This document shows, piece after piece, positions 1 through 9,045 of a stretch of 60,864 nt of DNA (positions are counted from its first letter, which is position 1; every line of letters begins with the position of its first letter). Both the position numbers and the translations under genes were made by a program. Source of the stretch: Treponema sp. GTDB taxonomy: Bacteria; Spirochaetota; Spirochaetia; Treponematales; Breznakiellaceae. Location: positions 1-60,864 of the forward strand of contig JAISSH010000064.1 in NCBI GenBank assembly GCA_031273265.1. Reading direction: 5' to 3'. The notes under the pieces are model-generated. The model saw only the letters and a program-made list of their open reading frames with translations. It ran no database searches and was not told the DNA's origin.

Positions 1-30
1 GTAAGCTTTCGCAAGTTCGATAGAGTTCAT
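1..30 (-). CDS. 5' end of a gene running off the left edge (MNSIELAKAY...)
   Basis: ATG at 30-28 on the minus strand, open to the edge, with TTGAAT-N17-TATATT 8 nt upstream; too short to assign a function. Confidence 0.4.
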   Translation of the reverse strand, partial: MNSIELAKAY

Positions 31-70
31 GTAGTATCAATATACTTTTTTAGGGCAAATAATTCAACAC

Positions 71-99
71 TTGCTAAATACCGTACTTCCTGCTATCTT
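71..99 (+). promoter_or_regulatory. sigma70-type promoter for the GH43 gene (probably leaderless mRNA)
   Basis: TTGCTA-N17-TATCTT with extended -10 TG; the -10 ends 6 nt before the ATG at 106; no SD. Confidence 0.6.
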
Positions 100-105
100 G
101 TAACC

Positions 106-1137
106 ATGAAAACTCGATACTTAGTCCCTAATGACTACATGGCAGACCCTTCAGTTCACGTTTTTAACGGCAAGGTGTTTATTTACCCCTCTCACGACTT
201 GGATAGCGGTGTCGGCGAAAACGACTCAGGCGATCACTTCAATATGAAGGACTACCACGTCTTTTCAATGGACGATGTCGAGAACGGCAAAGTGACCGAT
301 CACGGCGTAGTTCTCGATGTTAAGGACATTCCTTGGGCAGGCAGACAGCTCTGGGATTGCGACGTTGCCTGTAAAAACGGCAAATATTATATGTATTTTC
401 CGCTCAAAGATAAAAACGATATTTTCCGCATCGGGGTCGCCGTCGCGGACAAGCCCGAAGGTCCCTTTGTTCCGCAGAGCGACCCAATTCGAGGCAGTTA
501 CAGCATCGATCCTTGCGTCTTTGAGGAAAACGGCAATCATTATATGTACTTCGGCGGTCTTTGGGGCGGTCAGCTTCAGCGTTACCGCGATAACAAATCG
601 CTGGAAGGCGTTTCTTTCAAGACCGACATACCGGGAATTCCGCGTCAGCCCTTCGGCTTCCCCGGCGATTTCTTTTTCCCTGCGGACAACGAGCCGGCTA
701 TTCCTCCGCGTGTGGCAAAACTCAGCGGCGATATGTTCCAGTTCGCCGAAGAGCCGCGCTCTGTTGTTATTCTTGACAAGGACGGCAAACCCATTAAACA
801 GGGCGACACAGAACGCCGTTTTTTTGAAGCGTCATGGATGCACAAGTACAACGGTAAATACTATTTTTCATATTCGACAGGCGACACTCACTTTTTATGT
901 TACGCGACAGGCGACAGTGTTTACGGACCTTTTACCTATCAGGGAGTGATTTTAACGCCGGTAGTAGGCTGGACGACTCATCACGCTATCGCGGAGTACA
1001 AAGGCAAGTGGTATCTGTTTCACCACGACAGTGTTCCTTCCGGCGGAAAAACTTATCTGCGAAGTTTAAAAGTAGCGGAGTTGAAATACAACGCGGACGG
1101 ATCGATACAGACGATTGAAGGCGGGGGCAGCGGCTGA
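106..1137 (+). CDS. Glycoside hydrolase family 43 beta-xylosidase/arabinofuranosidase (GH43_1-like), no signal peptide
   Basis: ADPSVH..IYPSHD, YSIDP, YFGGLWGGQLQ, RRFFEASWMHKY and GWTTHH motifs. Confidence 0.9.
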   Translation: MKTRYLVPNDYMADPSVHVFNGKVFIYPSHDLDSGVGENDSGDHFNMKDYHVFSMDDVENGKVTDHGVVLDVKDIPWAGRQLWDCDVACKNGKYYMYFPLKDKNDIFRIGVAVADKPEGPFVPQSDPIRGSYSIDPCVFEENGNHYMYFGGLWGGQLQRYRDNKSLEGVSFKTDIPGIPRQPFGFPGDFFFPADNEPAIPPRVAKLSGDMFQFAEEPRSVVILDKDGKPIKQGDTERRFFEASWMHKYNGKYYFSYSTGDTHFLCYATGDSVYGPFTYQGVILTPVVGWTTHHAIAEYKGKWYLFHHDSVPSGGKTYLRSLKVAELKYNADGSIQTIEGGGSG

Positions 1138-1179
1138 TAAACTTCAGCGTTTAACTTGCCCCGCGATTGAGCCTTTACC

Positions 1180-1704
1180 CTAATCCTTAAAAGGAATTTT
1201 TTCCAAAATAGAAAACTTAACGGCTTTTTCTACTGATGATCGCCATGTTACCTTGTCATTGCCGCGATAATTAAATTCCCTGTTTACGGAAAAATAAAAG
1301 CCAAATCCGCCGAATGATTCATCAGGATAGTTTGCCGCCCGCGTTTCGCCTTTGTGAACGGAAGGATCAAATTTGGCTTCGGACTCGTACAGGAAATTGT
1401 CAAGCGATAATCCATAAATACTGCCGTTCTCGACAATACATTTTGGATTTGTCTTTTCTGCGTCATCCGCCATCCAAAGGCTTAATTGTCTTATGGTATC
1501 GTCGTCCCCTTTTTCCCCTTCAAAGTAGAAGATTTTGCCTTTTAAGTCATTTTCCGGCATTTGTTTGCCGGTAATCGCGTTATAAGGGGGCGCGAAAAGG
1601 CATACAGTGAAATCCGTATCCTTTTTAGGCCACAGCGGGTCACGCTTGCAGTCAAAAACCTGCCTGTGCGTAAACCGTTTTTTGAACAAACCTGTTTCTT
1701 CCAT
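1180..1704 (-). CDS. Hypothetical protein
   Basis: 174-aa ORF with AGGAG SD and an upstream TAGACT-N17-TATCAT promoter-like element; no family recognised. Confidence 0.7.
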   Translation of the reverse strand: MEETGLFKKRFTHRQVFDCKRDPLWPKKDTDFTVCLFAPPYNAITGKQMPENDLKGKIFYFEGEKGDDDTIRQLSLWMADDAEKTNPKCIVENGSIYGLSLDNFLYESEAKFDPSVHKGETRAANYPDESFGGFGFYFSVNREFNYRGNDKVTWRSSVEKAVKFSILEKIPFKD

Positions 1705-1827
1705 TTTTGTTTCTCCTGTGTTTATGATAGCGGGTTATGGCGAAAAAGTCTACCATATAGTCAACTGGTTTCCATAATATAAAAAGGGCTATTTGCAGTA
1801 CAATTTACCCTTAAATACCAGAATTGA

Positions 1828-2499
1828 CTATCGTTTTGATAAAAGCCGGCGGTTGATTGCGGTGCCTGTTATCTGCACAATTTCAACAAAGATCAAAATG
1901 ATGACGACTGCCGCGATTGTTACGTCCGTCCTGAAACGGTAGTAGCCGTGGTTGATTGCGGTAGTCCCAAGACCGCCGCCGCCGATTGCGCCCGCCATTG
2001 CGGAATAGCCGATTAAATTGATGATTGTAAGGGCAAGACCGGAGACGAGGGCGGGCAGAGACTCCGGTATCAGCACTTTGTAGATGATTTGAAAATTGGT
2101 GGAGCCCATCGCCCTTGCCGCGGTAATCACGCCCCTGTCTATTTCAAAGAGGGCGGATTCGACTACGCGCGCGACAAATGGAGCAGCCGCGATTGAAAGC
2201 GGTACGATTGCCGCGGCGGGACCGATGCTGGTTTTCATGATCATTCTTGTAAATGGAATGAGAAGGATCATCAATATGATGAAGGGCAGGGAGCGCAAAA
2301 GATTTACAACGCGGGAAAGAATGTTGTAAGTGATTCTTTGCGGAGCAAGTCCCGAAGGAGAGCTTGAGTAAAGGTAGATTCCAAGCGGAAGACCTAGAAT
2401 CGAGGCAAAAAGGGCGGATGCGAACGTCATTACAACAGTTTCGAGCGTCGCTTGCGGAAACTCGGAAATGATTATTTCGAGCAATTTTTCTTTAGCCAT
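1828..2499 (-). CDS. metI: Methionine ABC transporter permease
   Basis: VNLLRSLPFIILMILLIP, AAPFVARVVE and GYSAMAGAIGGGGLG motifs. Confidence 0.92.
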   Translation of the reverse strand: MAKEKLLEIIISEFPQATLETVVMTFASALFASILGLPLGIYLYSSSPSGLAPQRITYNILSRVVNLLRSLPFIILMILLIPFTRMIMKTSIGPAAAIVPLSIAAAPFVARVVESALFEIDRGVITAARAMGSTNFQIIYKVLIPESLPALVSGLALTIINLIGYSAMAGAIGGGGLGTTAINHGYYRFRTDVTIAAVVIILIFVEIVQITGTAINRRLLSKR

Positions 2500-3211
2500 G
2501 AATTAAATCCTTCGCCGCCTGTGTTTTCGGCGCGTCAAAAATTGAGGAGACGGTTCCCCGCTCCACGACAAGTCCCTTTTCAAGAACGACTACCTGTTGG
2601 CAGGTTTCGTGTATCACTTCCATCTGGTGGGTGATTAAAAATACCGTAATGTTCAATCTGCTGTGTAAATCCTTAATCAGCGATAAAATTGAGCGGGTGG
2701 TCTGCGGGTCGAGGGAGCTTGTCGCTTCGTCGCAGAAAAGCACCTGCGGGTTTGCAGCTAACGCCCTTGCGATTGCCACCCGCTGTTTCTGCCCGCCTGA
2801 AAGTTCGCTCATCCTTGCCTTTCGCTTGTCCCTGATGTCTGTCATTTCAAGAAGTTCGTCCACTCTTTTATTTATCTGCGCCTTTGTCATACCGGCGATT
2901 TCCAGCGGGTAGGCGATATTTCCCGCCGCGTTACGCGATCCAAGCAGGTTGAAATTCTGAAAAATCATTCCCATTTTTCTGCGCCGCTGGAGAAGGGCAG
3001 TTCCAGTCAATGTATCGACGCGCTCATTATCGTAATAAACCTCTCCCGCGTCCGGTCTTTCAAGAAGGCTTGTTATGCGCAACAAAGTGGATTTTCCCGC
3101 GCCGCTTTTACCGATGATTCCGAAAATACAACTGTCCGGGATTTCAATATCTATGCCGCGCAGCACATTTATACTAGGATAGGCTTTGGAAATTCCCTTT
3201 AGAACAATCAT
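2492..3211 (-). CDS. metN: Methionine ABC transporter ATP-binding protein (short form)
   Basis: Walker A GKSGAGKST, LSGGQKQRVAIARAL, CDEATSSLDPQTT; overlaps metI; only 239 aa. Confidence 0.88.
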   Translation of the reverse strand: MIVLKGISKAYPSINVLRGIDIEIPDSCIFGIIGKSGAGKSTLLRITSLLERPDAGEVYYDNERVDTLTGTALLQRRRKMGMIFQNFNLLGSRNAAGNIAYPLEIAGMTKAQINKRVDELLEMTDIRDKRKARMSELSGGQKQRVAIARALAANPQVLFCDEATSSLDPQTTRSILSLIKDLHSRLNITVFLITHQMEVIHETCQQVVVLEKGLVVERGTVSSIFDAPKTQAAKDLIHG

Positions 3212-4294
3212 TTATCCCGCTATTTCCTTCAAACGTTCAATGATATTGATGTGCTGTGTGCAGGCGTCCTCGCATTGTCCGCAGGATGTGCATTTTCCCG
3301 CGACCGATTTGTCAAGACTCCAGTGCCACTTCAGACGCTCTCCAATCGGGTCTTTGGAATTTTTGTTTAACAGTTTTTGGTTATAGGAGTCCATGAAATA
3401 GGGAATTGGAATCTCCTGCGGGCAGTTGTCGCAGTAGGCGCAGCCTGTGCAGATGCCCTCGAAGGAAGCCGAAGCCTTCGATTTGGTTTCTTCAAGCTCC
3501 GCGGCGGTGCGCGGTTTGTAACCTTCAATTGCCTGCAGTGCTTCGTTAAGGTGTTGGATTGTATCGAAACCGACAAGCGTTACGCTAATTTCGGGATGAT
3601 CCCAAAGAACACGAAGCGCGGCGGCAACTGTGCTTTCGCCGTCGCGGCGGATAAATTTGAAAAGTTCGGGATGATCGGGGATAACGCCGCCGCCAAGCGG
3701 GTTCATCACAACAGCTCCAAGTTTTTTTTCCCTGATTGCATCGAACGCCTCCTGCCTTGTCTGAAAATTGTAGGCGGAATAGCCGAACAGCACGCCTTCA
3801 AAAACTCCCTCCATCAACAGTTCCCTGATTTCGCTTTTAATAAGGTGGCTAGAAATGCAGATGTGCCGGATTAGTCCTTCTTCTTTTAATTTTCTGAAAG
3901 TTTGAAGAATACCGTCTTTTTTTCTGTTTTCCCAGCCGCCCAGACTGGTAATGCACCAGATATGGTAAAAATCAATCGCGGGAATATCCAGTCTTTTTAA
4001 CTGCGCTTCAATTTCCTTTCTGATACCGGTCTCGGTACTCTCGAAAGTTTTTGTAGCGGAGAAATATGGCAGTCCCAATTTTCGCATTTCCGCGAAACCC
4101 TTGCCGAAAACCGTTTCGCTTCTTGTCTCAAAATAGCCGGGCGCGGTGTCAAAATAATTTATCCCGCCTTTCGCGGCGGCAACCATCATGCGGACACATT
4201 CATCGTGATCGTCCACATTTTTAAACCTCATTCCGCCAAACCCAAGAAGAGAAACCTTTTCCCCTGTTTGACCATATTCCCTGTAAATCATCAC
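3212..4294 (-). CDS. Aldo/keto reductase with C-terminal 4Fe-4S ferredoxin domain
   Basis: VSLLGFGGMR, INYFDTAPGY, VMNPLGGG; CTGCAYCDNCP and CTSCGQCEDAC. Confidence 0.88.
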   Translation of the reverse strand: MMIYREYGQTGEKVSLLGFGGMRFKNVDDHDECVRMMVAAAKGGINYFDTAPGYFETRSETVFGKGFAEMRKLGLPYFSATKTFESTETGIRKEIEAQLKRLDIPAIDFYHIWCITSLGGWENRKKDGILQTFRKLKEEGLIRHICISSHLIKSEIRELLMEGVFEGVLFGYSAYNFQTRQEAFDAIREKKLGAVVMNPLGGGVIPDHPELFKFIRRDGESTVAAALRVLWDHPEISVTLVGFDTIQHLNEALQAIEGYKPRTAAELEETKSKASASFEGICTGCAYCDNCPQEIPIPYFMDSYNQKLLNKNSKDPIGERLKWHWSLDKSVAGKCTSCGQCEDACTQHINIIERLKEIAG

Positions 4295-4335
4295 TTTTCC
4301 CCCACGGAAATTATAACAGATATTACTTGTTAACT

Positions 4336-5259
4336 CTATGGCGCGAGTTCGTCCAGATTAAACGGGGTTTCTTGATAGACGTAATTCAGCCAGTTGTCGA
4401 AGAACAGATTCCCATGCGCGCGCCAGCGGACGACAGGCGCTTTTGAAGGGTCGTCGCCCGGGTAGTAATTTTTCGGTAATTCGATTGGAAGCCCCTTTTC
4501 AATATCGCGGCGGTACTCGCGGTCGATGGTGAGCGGGTCGTATTCAAGATGTCCCGTAACGTAGACTTCACGCCCGCCGCGCGCGGTGGCGATAAAAACG
4601 CCCGTATCGGGAGTTTCGCTCTGAATCGTGAGACGCGGCTCGGCGGCAATGGCGCCGCGGTCGCTGGCGGTGTGCCTTGACTGCGGAGCGAGAAATTCGT
4701 CGTCAAAACCGCGAAAAAGGGCATGGTGCTGTTCGTTTATCGCGTGGGGAAAAATGCCGAATAATTTTTTCTCAAGCGGGTATTTCGGGATTTTATAACG
4801 GCGGTAAAGACCCGCCTGCGCTCCCCAGCAGATGTGCAAAGTGGAAAAAACATTTTTATCACAATAGTCAATTATTTGCACAAGCTCGTCCCAGTAATCG
4901 ACTTCCTCAAATTGCATGGTCTCCACAGGCGCGCCGGTGATAATCAGTCCGTCAAAACGCACTTTAAGACTGACAATTTCTTCCGCGCTGATATAAAATT
5001 TTTCAAGGTGTCCAGGCGGCGCATTCTTTGAAGAGTGGCTGTTCATTTTCAAAAAGGTGATGTCCACCTGCAAAGGGCTGTTGCCAAGAAGCCGCAAAAG
5101 CTGAATTTCCGTGACTACCGTAGTGGGCATAAGATTGACAATTCCAACCTTCAGCGGTCTTATGTCCTGATGCTCCGCGCGGTCGTCGGTTATCACAAAA
5201 ACCCGCTCACTGGAAAGCGCGTCAAAAGCGGGCAGTTCTCTGGGTATCTTTATCGGCAT
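4336..5259 (-). CDS. metA: Homoserine O-acyltransferase, MetA family (probably acetyltransferase)
   Basis: MPIKIP start, QDIRPL, NLMP, ITGAPVE, ICWGAQA (catalytic Cys), TGHLEYD. Confidence 0.93.
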   Translation of the reverse strand: MPIKIPRELPAFDALSSERVFVITDDRAEHQDIRPLKVGIVNLMPTTVVTEIQLLRLLGNSPLQVDITFLKMNSHSSKNAPPGHLEKFYISAEEIVSLKVRFDGLIITGAPVETMQFEEVDYWDELVQIIDYCDKNVFSTLHICWGAQAGLYRRYKIPKYPLEKKLFGIFPHAINEQHHALFRGFDDEFLAPQSRHTASDRGAIAAEPRLTIQSETPDTGVFIATARGGREVYVTGHLEYDPLTIDREYRRDIEKGLPIELPKNYYPGDDPSKAPVVRWRAHGNLFFDNWLNYVYQETPFNLDELAP

Positions 5260-5328
5260 GGCATATTCTTAGCATGTTTTTGTGAAAAAACCAAGTCTGA
5301 AATAACTTAATGGCGGACTGTGTCATTT

Positions 5329-5370
5329 GGTTAAAGCCGTCTTTCTAAGAAAACGACTTTCTTACAAATT
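5329..5370. repeat. Palindromic (REP-like) element, copy 1
   Basis: GGTTAAAGCCGTCTTTCTAAGAAAACGACTTTCTTACAAATT; imperfect hairpin similar to 6457-6497. Confidence 0.65.
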
Positions 5371-5413
5371 TAACATTTCGCTCCTAATTCAAGGCTGTTA
5401 CCACTGCATCCGC

Positions 5414-5442
5414 TTGACTTTATTTCCAAAAGCCGTTATATT
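5414..5442 (+). promoter_or_regulatory. sigma70-type promoter of the small-protein/GNAT operon
   Basis: TTGACT-N17-TATATT, followed by an AGAGGT SD and the ATG at 5461. Confidence 0.7.
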
Positions 5443-5460
5443 TTAGCCAGAGGTAACGAA

Positions 5461-5733
5461 ATGGGAACAAGCAAACGCGCCCGTAAGGGCGTTGACGAAA
5501 CAATGCGCCACGTTCCGGCGCAAGAAAACTCGCTGCCTACAGTAAATATAGACCGCATTTATGCGGGCGTGCGCGCCGCGGAAGCCAAAGTCAAACCAGT
5601 GCAACCCACGGAGATAAGAGACAAAAAAATTGCCCGCGAAGTCATTGAGCAGATTCGTAAACCCATACCTGCTTCGGTGTATCGGCGAAACAGGGAACTT
5701 GCCGACTTAATCGGCAAAATGACCATGAAATGA
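5461..5733 (+). CDS. Small basic protein, putative antitoxin
   Basis: 90 aa; ATGA overlap with the downstream GNAT; own promoter. Confidence 0.6.
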   Translation: MGTSKRARKGVDETMRHVPAQENSLPTVNIDRIYAGVRAAEAKVKPVQPTEIRDKKIAREVIEQIRKPIPASVYRRNRELADLIGKMTMK

Positions 5734-6290
5734 GCATCCGCCTTAAAATAACTACAAAAAATGTGAGAGACTATTTTTTTCTTGAAAAACTCACTCCTGA
5801 AAAACCGTCTTTTTTATTTAAATGTTCTATTGAAGAATACAATGATTACCTTTTTCATGACGCAATCCGTTCACTCAAAGACCATATCGCAAAAACATGG
5901 CTGCTCTGCGAACATAAAACCGGAAAAATCGCGGCGTATATGTCGCTCATCATGGACGCAATCAAGCTGTCAATGACCGAAAAAGAACTTCACGGTCTCA
6001 ATTACCCATTTAAGACAATACCAGCCATGAAGATAGCCAAACTTGCGGTTGACGGCGGTTTTTCAGAAAGATACAAAGGCATAGGCTCTTTTATGATAAA
6101 CGCCGCTATCGGTAAGGCTTTCGACTGCAACGAAGATTATTGCGCCGCCCGTTTCTTGACAGTAGACGCTGACATAGAACACGATAAAGGCGTACTTGTC
6201 TTTTATGAAAAAAATGGCTTTACCCCCAATGCCGAACTCTCAAATAAAAACCGAAAAACAATCAGCATGAGGAAAGACCTATACAAGTAG
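5730..6290 (+). CDS. GNAT acetyltransferase resembling TacT/AtaT-type toxins
   Basis: FKC..EEYNDYL, IPAMKIAKLAVD, YKGIGSFMI, FLTVDA and FYEKNGF motifs. Confidence 0.8.
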   Translation: MSIRLKITTKNVRDYFFLEKLTPEKPSFLFKCSIEEYNDYLFHDAIRSLKDHIAKTWLLCEHKTGKIAAYMSLIMDAIKLSMTEKELHGLNYPFKTIPAMKIAKLAVDGGFSERYKGIGSFMINAAIGKAFDCNEDYCAARFLTVDADIEHDKGVLVFYEKNGFTPNAELSNKNRKTISMRKDLYK

Positions 6291-6366
6291 GGAATTTAAA
6301 ATTCTTATATCAAAGACTGTCTTACATAGAAATTCAGAAGTAATACGAAGGTTTTTAGAACCACAA

Positions 6367-6402
6367 CTCTGCGTTCTCTGCGCCCTTTGCGCCTCTGCGT
6401 GA
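6367..6402. repeat. Short tandem 8-9 bp repeats (CTCTGCG core x4)
   Basis: CTCTGCGTT CTCTGCGCC CTTTGCGC CTCTGCGTGA. Confidence 0.7.
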
Positions 6403-6415
6403 ACTCTTAGGGAGC

Positions 6416-6454
6416 AAAAAAAAGCGGGCGGCGCTATGGGCTAACGCCGCCCGC
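6416..6454 (-). terminator. Intrinsic terminator of the surface-protein operon
   Basis: Perfect 10-bp stem GCGGGCGGCG/CGCCGCCCGC with an 11-nt loop, followed by T8 on the minus strand. Confidence 0.85.
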
Positions 6455-6456
6455 GG

Positions 6457-6497
6457 GGTTAAAGCCATCTGGTTAAAGACGGCTTTCTTACTAAATT
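6457..6497. repeat. Palindromic (REP-like) element, copy 2
   Basis: GGTTAAAGCCATCTGGTTAAAGACGGCTTTCTTACTAAATT; stem AAAGCCATCT/AGACGGCTTT; same orientation as copy 1. Confidence 0.65.
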
Positions 6498-6506
6498 AAC
6501 ACCGTA

Positions 6507-8135
6507 CTACGGAACCACCGCAATTCCAAATATGTCATTACTCGAATGTTCGGTTGTATAAGTGAAGACTTTACGTTGTGGAAATGGCTCTGTTAATACC
6601 ATGTATTGGTGATAATAAAGTCCATACACCGAGCTGAGTGCATATGCATCGCCGTCTGAAAAAACAACCGTTGAGGTATCTCCAGCAGGCAGAATGGTTA
6701 CATTCCCTCCCGTATCCCAACGGCAGGAAGATTGACCAAGAATACCATAAAACGCCGGAACGCCATTCTCATCGACTATCGAATTGATACGCCACCCATC
6801 AGCGAAAATCGTTAATGCGCTGTCTCCCATACGCCAATAAAACACCCCATAGCTGCCGTTGCTTTCATAGTCATAGCCATAACTGCCTGCAAAATACACA
6901 TTGCCGTTCACAACCTTTGCATCTCTTATATTATCGTCATACCCCCTTAATAGGCTGATCGCGGTAGCAACCCCGTTTTCATTCCAATAATAACACCCCG
7001 TTGTAGTTTGAAACGGTATATACACATTGCCGTTATGTACGGCAAAGCGTCCGGTGTATCTTTGGGTGTATAAATTTCCAGAGGAAGGGGATAACGTTGT
7101 CAGCTCCCCCGCTCCGGTTCCGCCTGCGATTTTCCAAAGATAAAAAGAAAGGGTGGCGTTGTATTCGGCGCCGAAGCTGCCGGTAATATAAATATCACTG
7201 CCGTCCGCGGCAATGGAGAGGATATTCGCGTTAGGGTTTGAGCCGTTGATAAGGTCTGTTCTTGTGCCGTTTTTCCAGTAACAGAGAAAAGTATTACTGC
7301 CGGTAGAGTAAGACCCGGCTATATACTGATCGCCGTTGGCGTCGTAAATAATGACTCTCGCCGCAGAGCTTTTTGCTCCGGCAGTAGGAACTTCCAGAGG
7401 GAATAATTCCCCGTCTAGCCAGTAACATGCCCTATAGTCATAAGAGCTATCACTGGGCTCTTGATAGAGCCCTACCGCGACAACGGATTTAGTTATAAGT
7501 ATCGGGAAATCTTGCGTGAAGTCTCTGACCAGCAGACCGTTCTCAATGGTCGCGGTTACTACCACTCTCCCCTTTGCCGTCGCCACAAGGGTATTGTCGT
7601 ACATTACCGCGCCGGTTGTCCCCGCGTCTTTTATGCTCCACTTTATTTCCTTATATGATGCGTTGGACGGGATAACCGTGCCGTTTAACACACCGGAAAG
7701 GTCTCCAATCGGCAAGGCTCCCGGAATTCCGATTATCTCCCTGACCGCATAGGGCGCTGAAAGCGAAATGATAATGGAAAAATCCTGAGTGTAATCTGCG
7801 CCTGCTCCCAAGCCGTTCTTGATACGCGCGGTTACGGTTACAGTCCCCTCGTCGTTAGCTGTCAAGCGCGTTCCTTCCACCACCGAGTTAGTTCCGCCAT
7901 CCGCCTTTACCGACCACTCGGCTTTTTTATTGGTAGCGTTTTCAGGTTCTACGGTTCCCGACAGGGATATTGCAATGTACGGCACGCTGACGTCAGGTAT
8001 TCCGCTTATGCTTTCAACAGGGACGAATTCGCCCCCGCCGTCCTCCGGTCTTTCATCAAAGCCGAAACAGGCGGTAAACAAAACCGCTGTTACAGCAAGC
8101 GCGGCAATACAAAAATATTTAACTATACTTTTCAT
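6507..8135 (-). CDS. Lipoprotein with two tandem bacterial Ig-like (Big_2-like) domains and a beta-rich C-terminal domain
   Basis: Signal peptide ending LFTAC; two repeats of GTV.P.NA..K...WS.K..G.T....L.A...G.V.VTA.I.NG; CYW(L/K)(D/N)G repeats. Confidence 0.8.
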   Translation of the reverse strand: MKSIVKYFCIAALAVTAVLFTACFGFDERPEDGGGEFVPVESISGIPDVSVPYIAISLSGTVEPENATNKKAEWSVKADGGTNSVVEGTRLTANDEGTVTVTARIKNGLGAGADYTQDFSIIISLSAPYAVREIIGIPGALPIGDLSGVLNGTVIPSNASYKEIKWSIKDAGTTGAVMYDNTLVATAKGRVVVTATIENGLLVRDFTQDFPILITKSVVAVGLYQEPSDSSYDYRACYWLDGELFPLEVPTAGAKSSAARVIIYDANGDQYIAGSYSTGSNTFLCYWKNGTRTDLINGSNPNANILSIAADGSDIYITGSFGAEYNATLSFYLWKIAGGTGAGELTTLSPSSGNLYTQRYTGRFAVHNGNVYIPFQTTTGCYYWNENGVATAISLLRGYDDNIRDAKVVNGNVYFAGSYGYDYESNGSYGVFYWRMGDSALTIFADGWRINSIVDENGVPAFYGILGQSSCRWDTGGNVTILPAGDTSTVVFSDGDAYALSSVYGLYYHQYMVLTEPFPQRKVFTYTTEHSSNDIFGIAVVP

Positions 8136-8146
8136 AAAACCCTCCT

Positions 8147-9025
8147 TTACTCGCTATCTACAGGTTCGCTTTCCGATTCGCCGTTCTTATTTTTTTTCAG
8201 GGCAAACGTAACTTTGGCGGTTAGGCTGACGCGGTGCACCGGCTCGATGTTCTGCCCCAGCACATGGACGTTGTACTTCAGGTACGTCTCAAACTTATGA
8301 GAGAAGCTCGGCGGAAGAAACTTCGCGCCTACATACAGCCCGGTCGATAAAAAATACTGAGACGTAGCGTACTCGTCGCTGGCGTTCATGTAAGGAGCGC
8401 AGAAAAACCTTAAGGGCAGTCCCGCTTTCAATATCACGTCCTTCCCCTCTAACGGATACTCAAAATGCCCTTCAAGTTCCCATGTATAGTCGTGATAATG
8501 GCGTACCCAGTCGCGGTATTCGGCTAAATTGTCGCTTTGATACTGCGGAGGGTAAAAAACATTCTCAAAATAAAGGTCAAGATAAAAATAACGGTGTATT
8601 AAGACATCGAAGTAAAGACGGTAAGCCCAGCCCCATAACTTTTGATCCTGATCCAATAAGTCCGGTTCTGAGCCGACTACGGGCGGGATAAGTACCCCCA
8701 ATGCGGCTGACACTCTGAACAGTTTGTCCAGCTTGTCAGAAGACAGCAATGCGCCCTCTCCCAAAACATAGCCCTTTGCGCCTATATACAAACTTCCCAA
8801 GCCGATGTCGGGGTGTTTTTTAAGCCCGCTTGTCCACATCGCCTGTATGTTGAACCAGTCCGAAGTGGCGAATTCAACTCCGAGACTCCAACTGACAAGG
8901 TGGGTTCCGATATTGTGGCTGTCGGTAAAACGAAGCTCCCCTTCGGGAAGGATCGACGCTTCTTCGCCGTAAGCCGCCCCCGCCAAAACGCACAACGCAG
9001 CAAAAACACTAAATAATTTACGCAT
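8147..9025 (-). CDS. Exported protein, possible outer-membrane beta-barrel
   Basis: Signal peptide (..AGAAYG), alternating aromatic/hydrophobic strands, AGGAG-type SD. Confidence 0.6.
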   Translation of the reverse strand: MRKLFSVFAALCVLAGAAYGEEASILPEGELRFTDSHNIGTHLVSWSLGVEFATSDWFNIQAMWTSGLKKHPDIGLGSLYIGAKGYVLGEGALLSSDKLDKLFRVSAALGVLIPPVVGSEPDLLDQDQKLWGWAYRLYFDVLIHRYFYLDLYFENVFYPPQYQSDNLAEYRDWVRHYHDYTWELEGHFEYPLEGKDVILKAGLPLRFFCAPYMNASDEYATSQYFLSTGLYVGAKFLPPSFSHKFETYLKYNVHVLGQNIEPVHRVSLTAKVTFALKKNKNGESESEPVDSE

Positions 9026-9045
9026 AATTCCTTTTCTCCTTTTTG

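Noticed and set aside
5260-5330. SAM riboswitch or T-box upstream of metA
   Set aside because: No recognisable consensus, and promoter-like elements lie very close to the start.
5329-6497. CRISPR repeats
   Set aside because: Only two imperfect copies 1.1 kb apart; no spacer array or cas genes.
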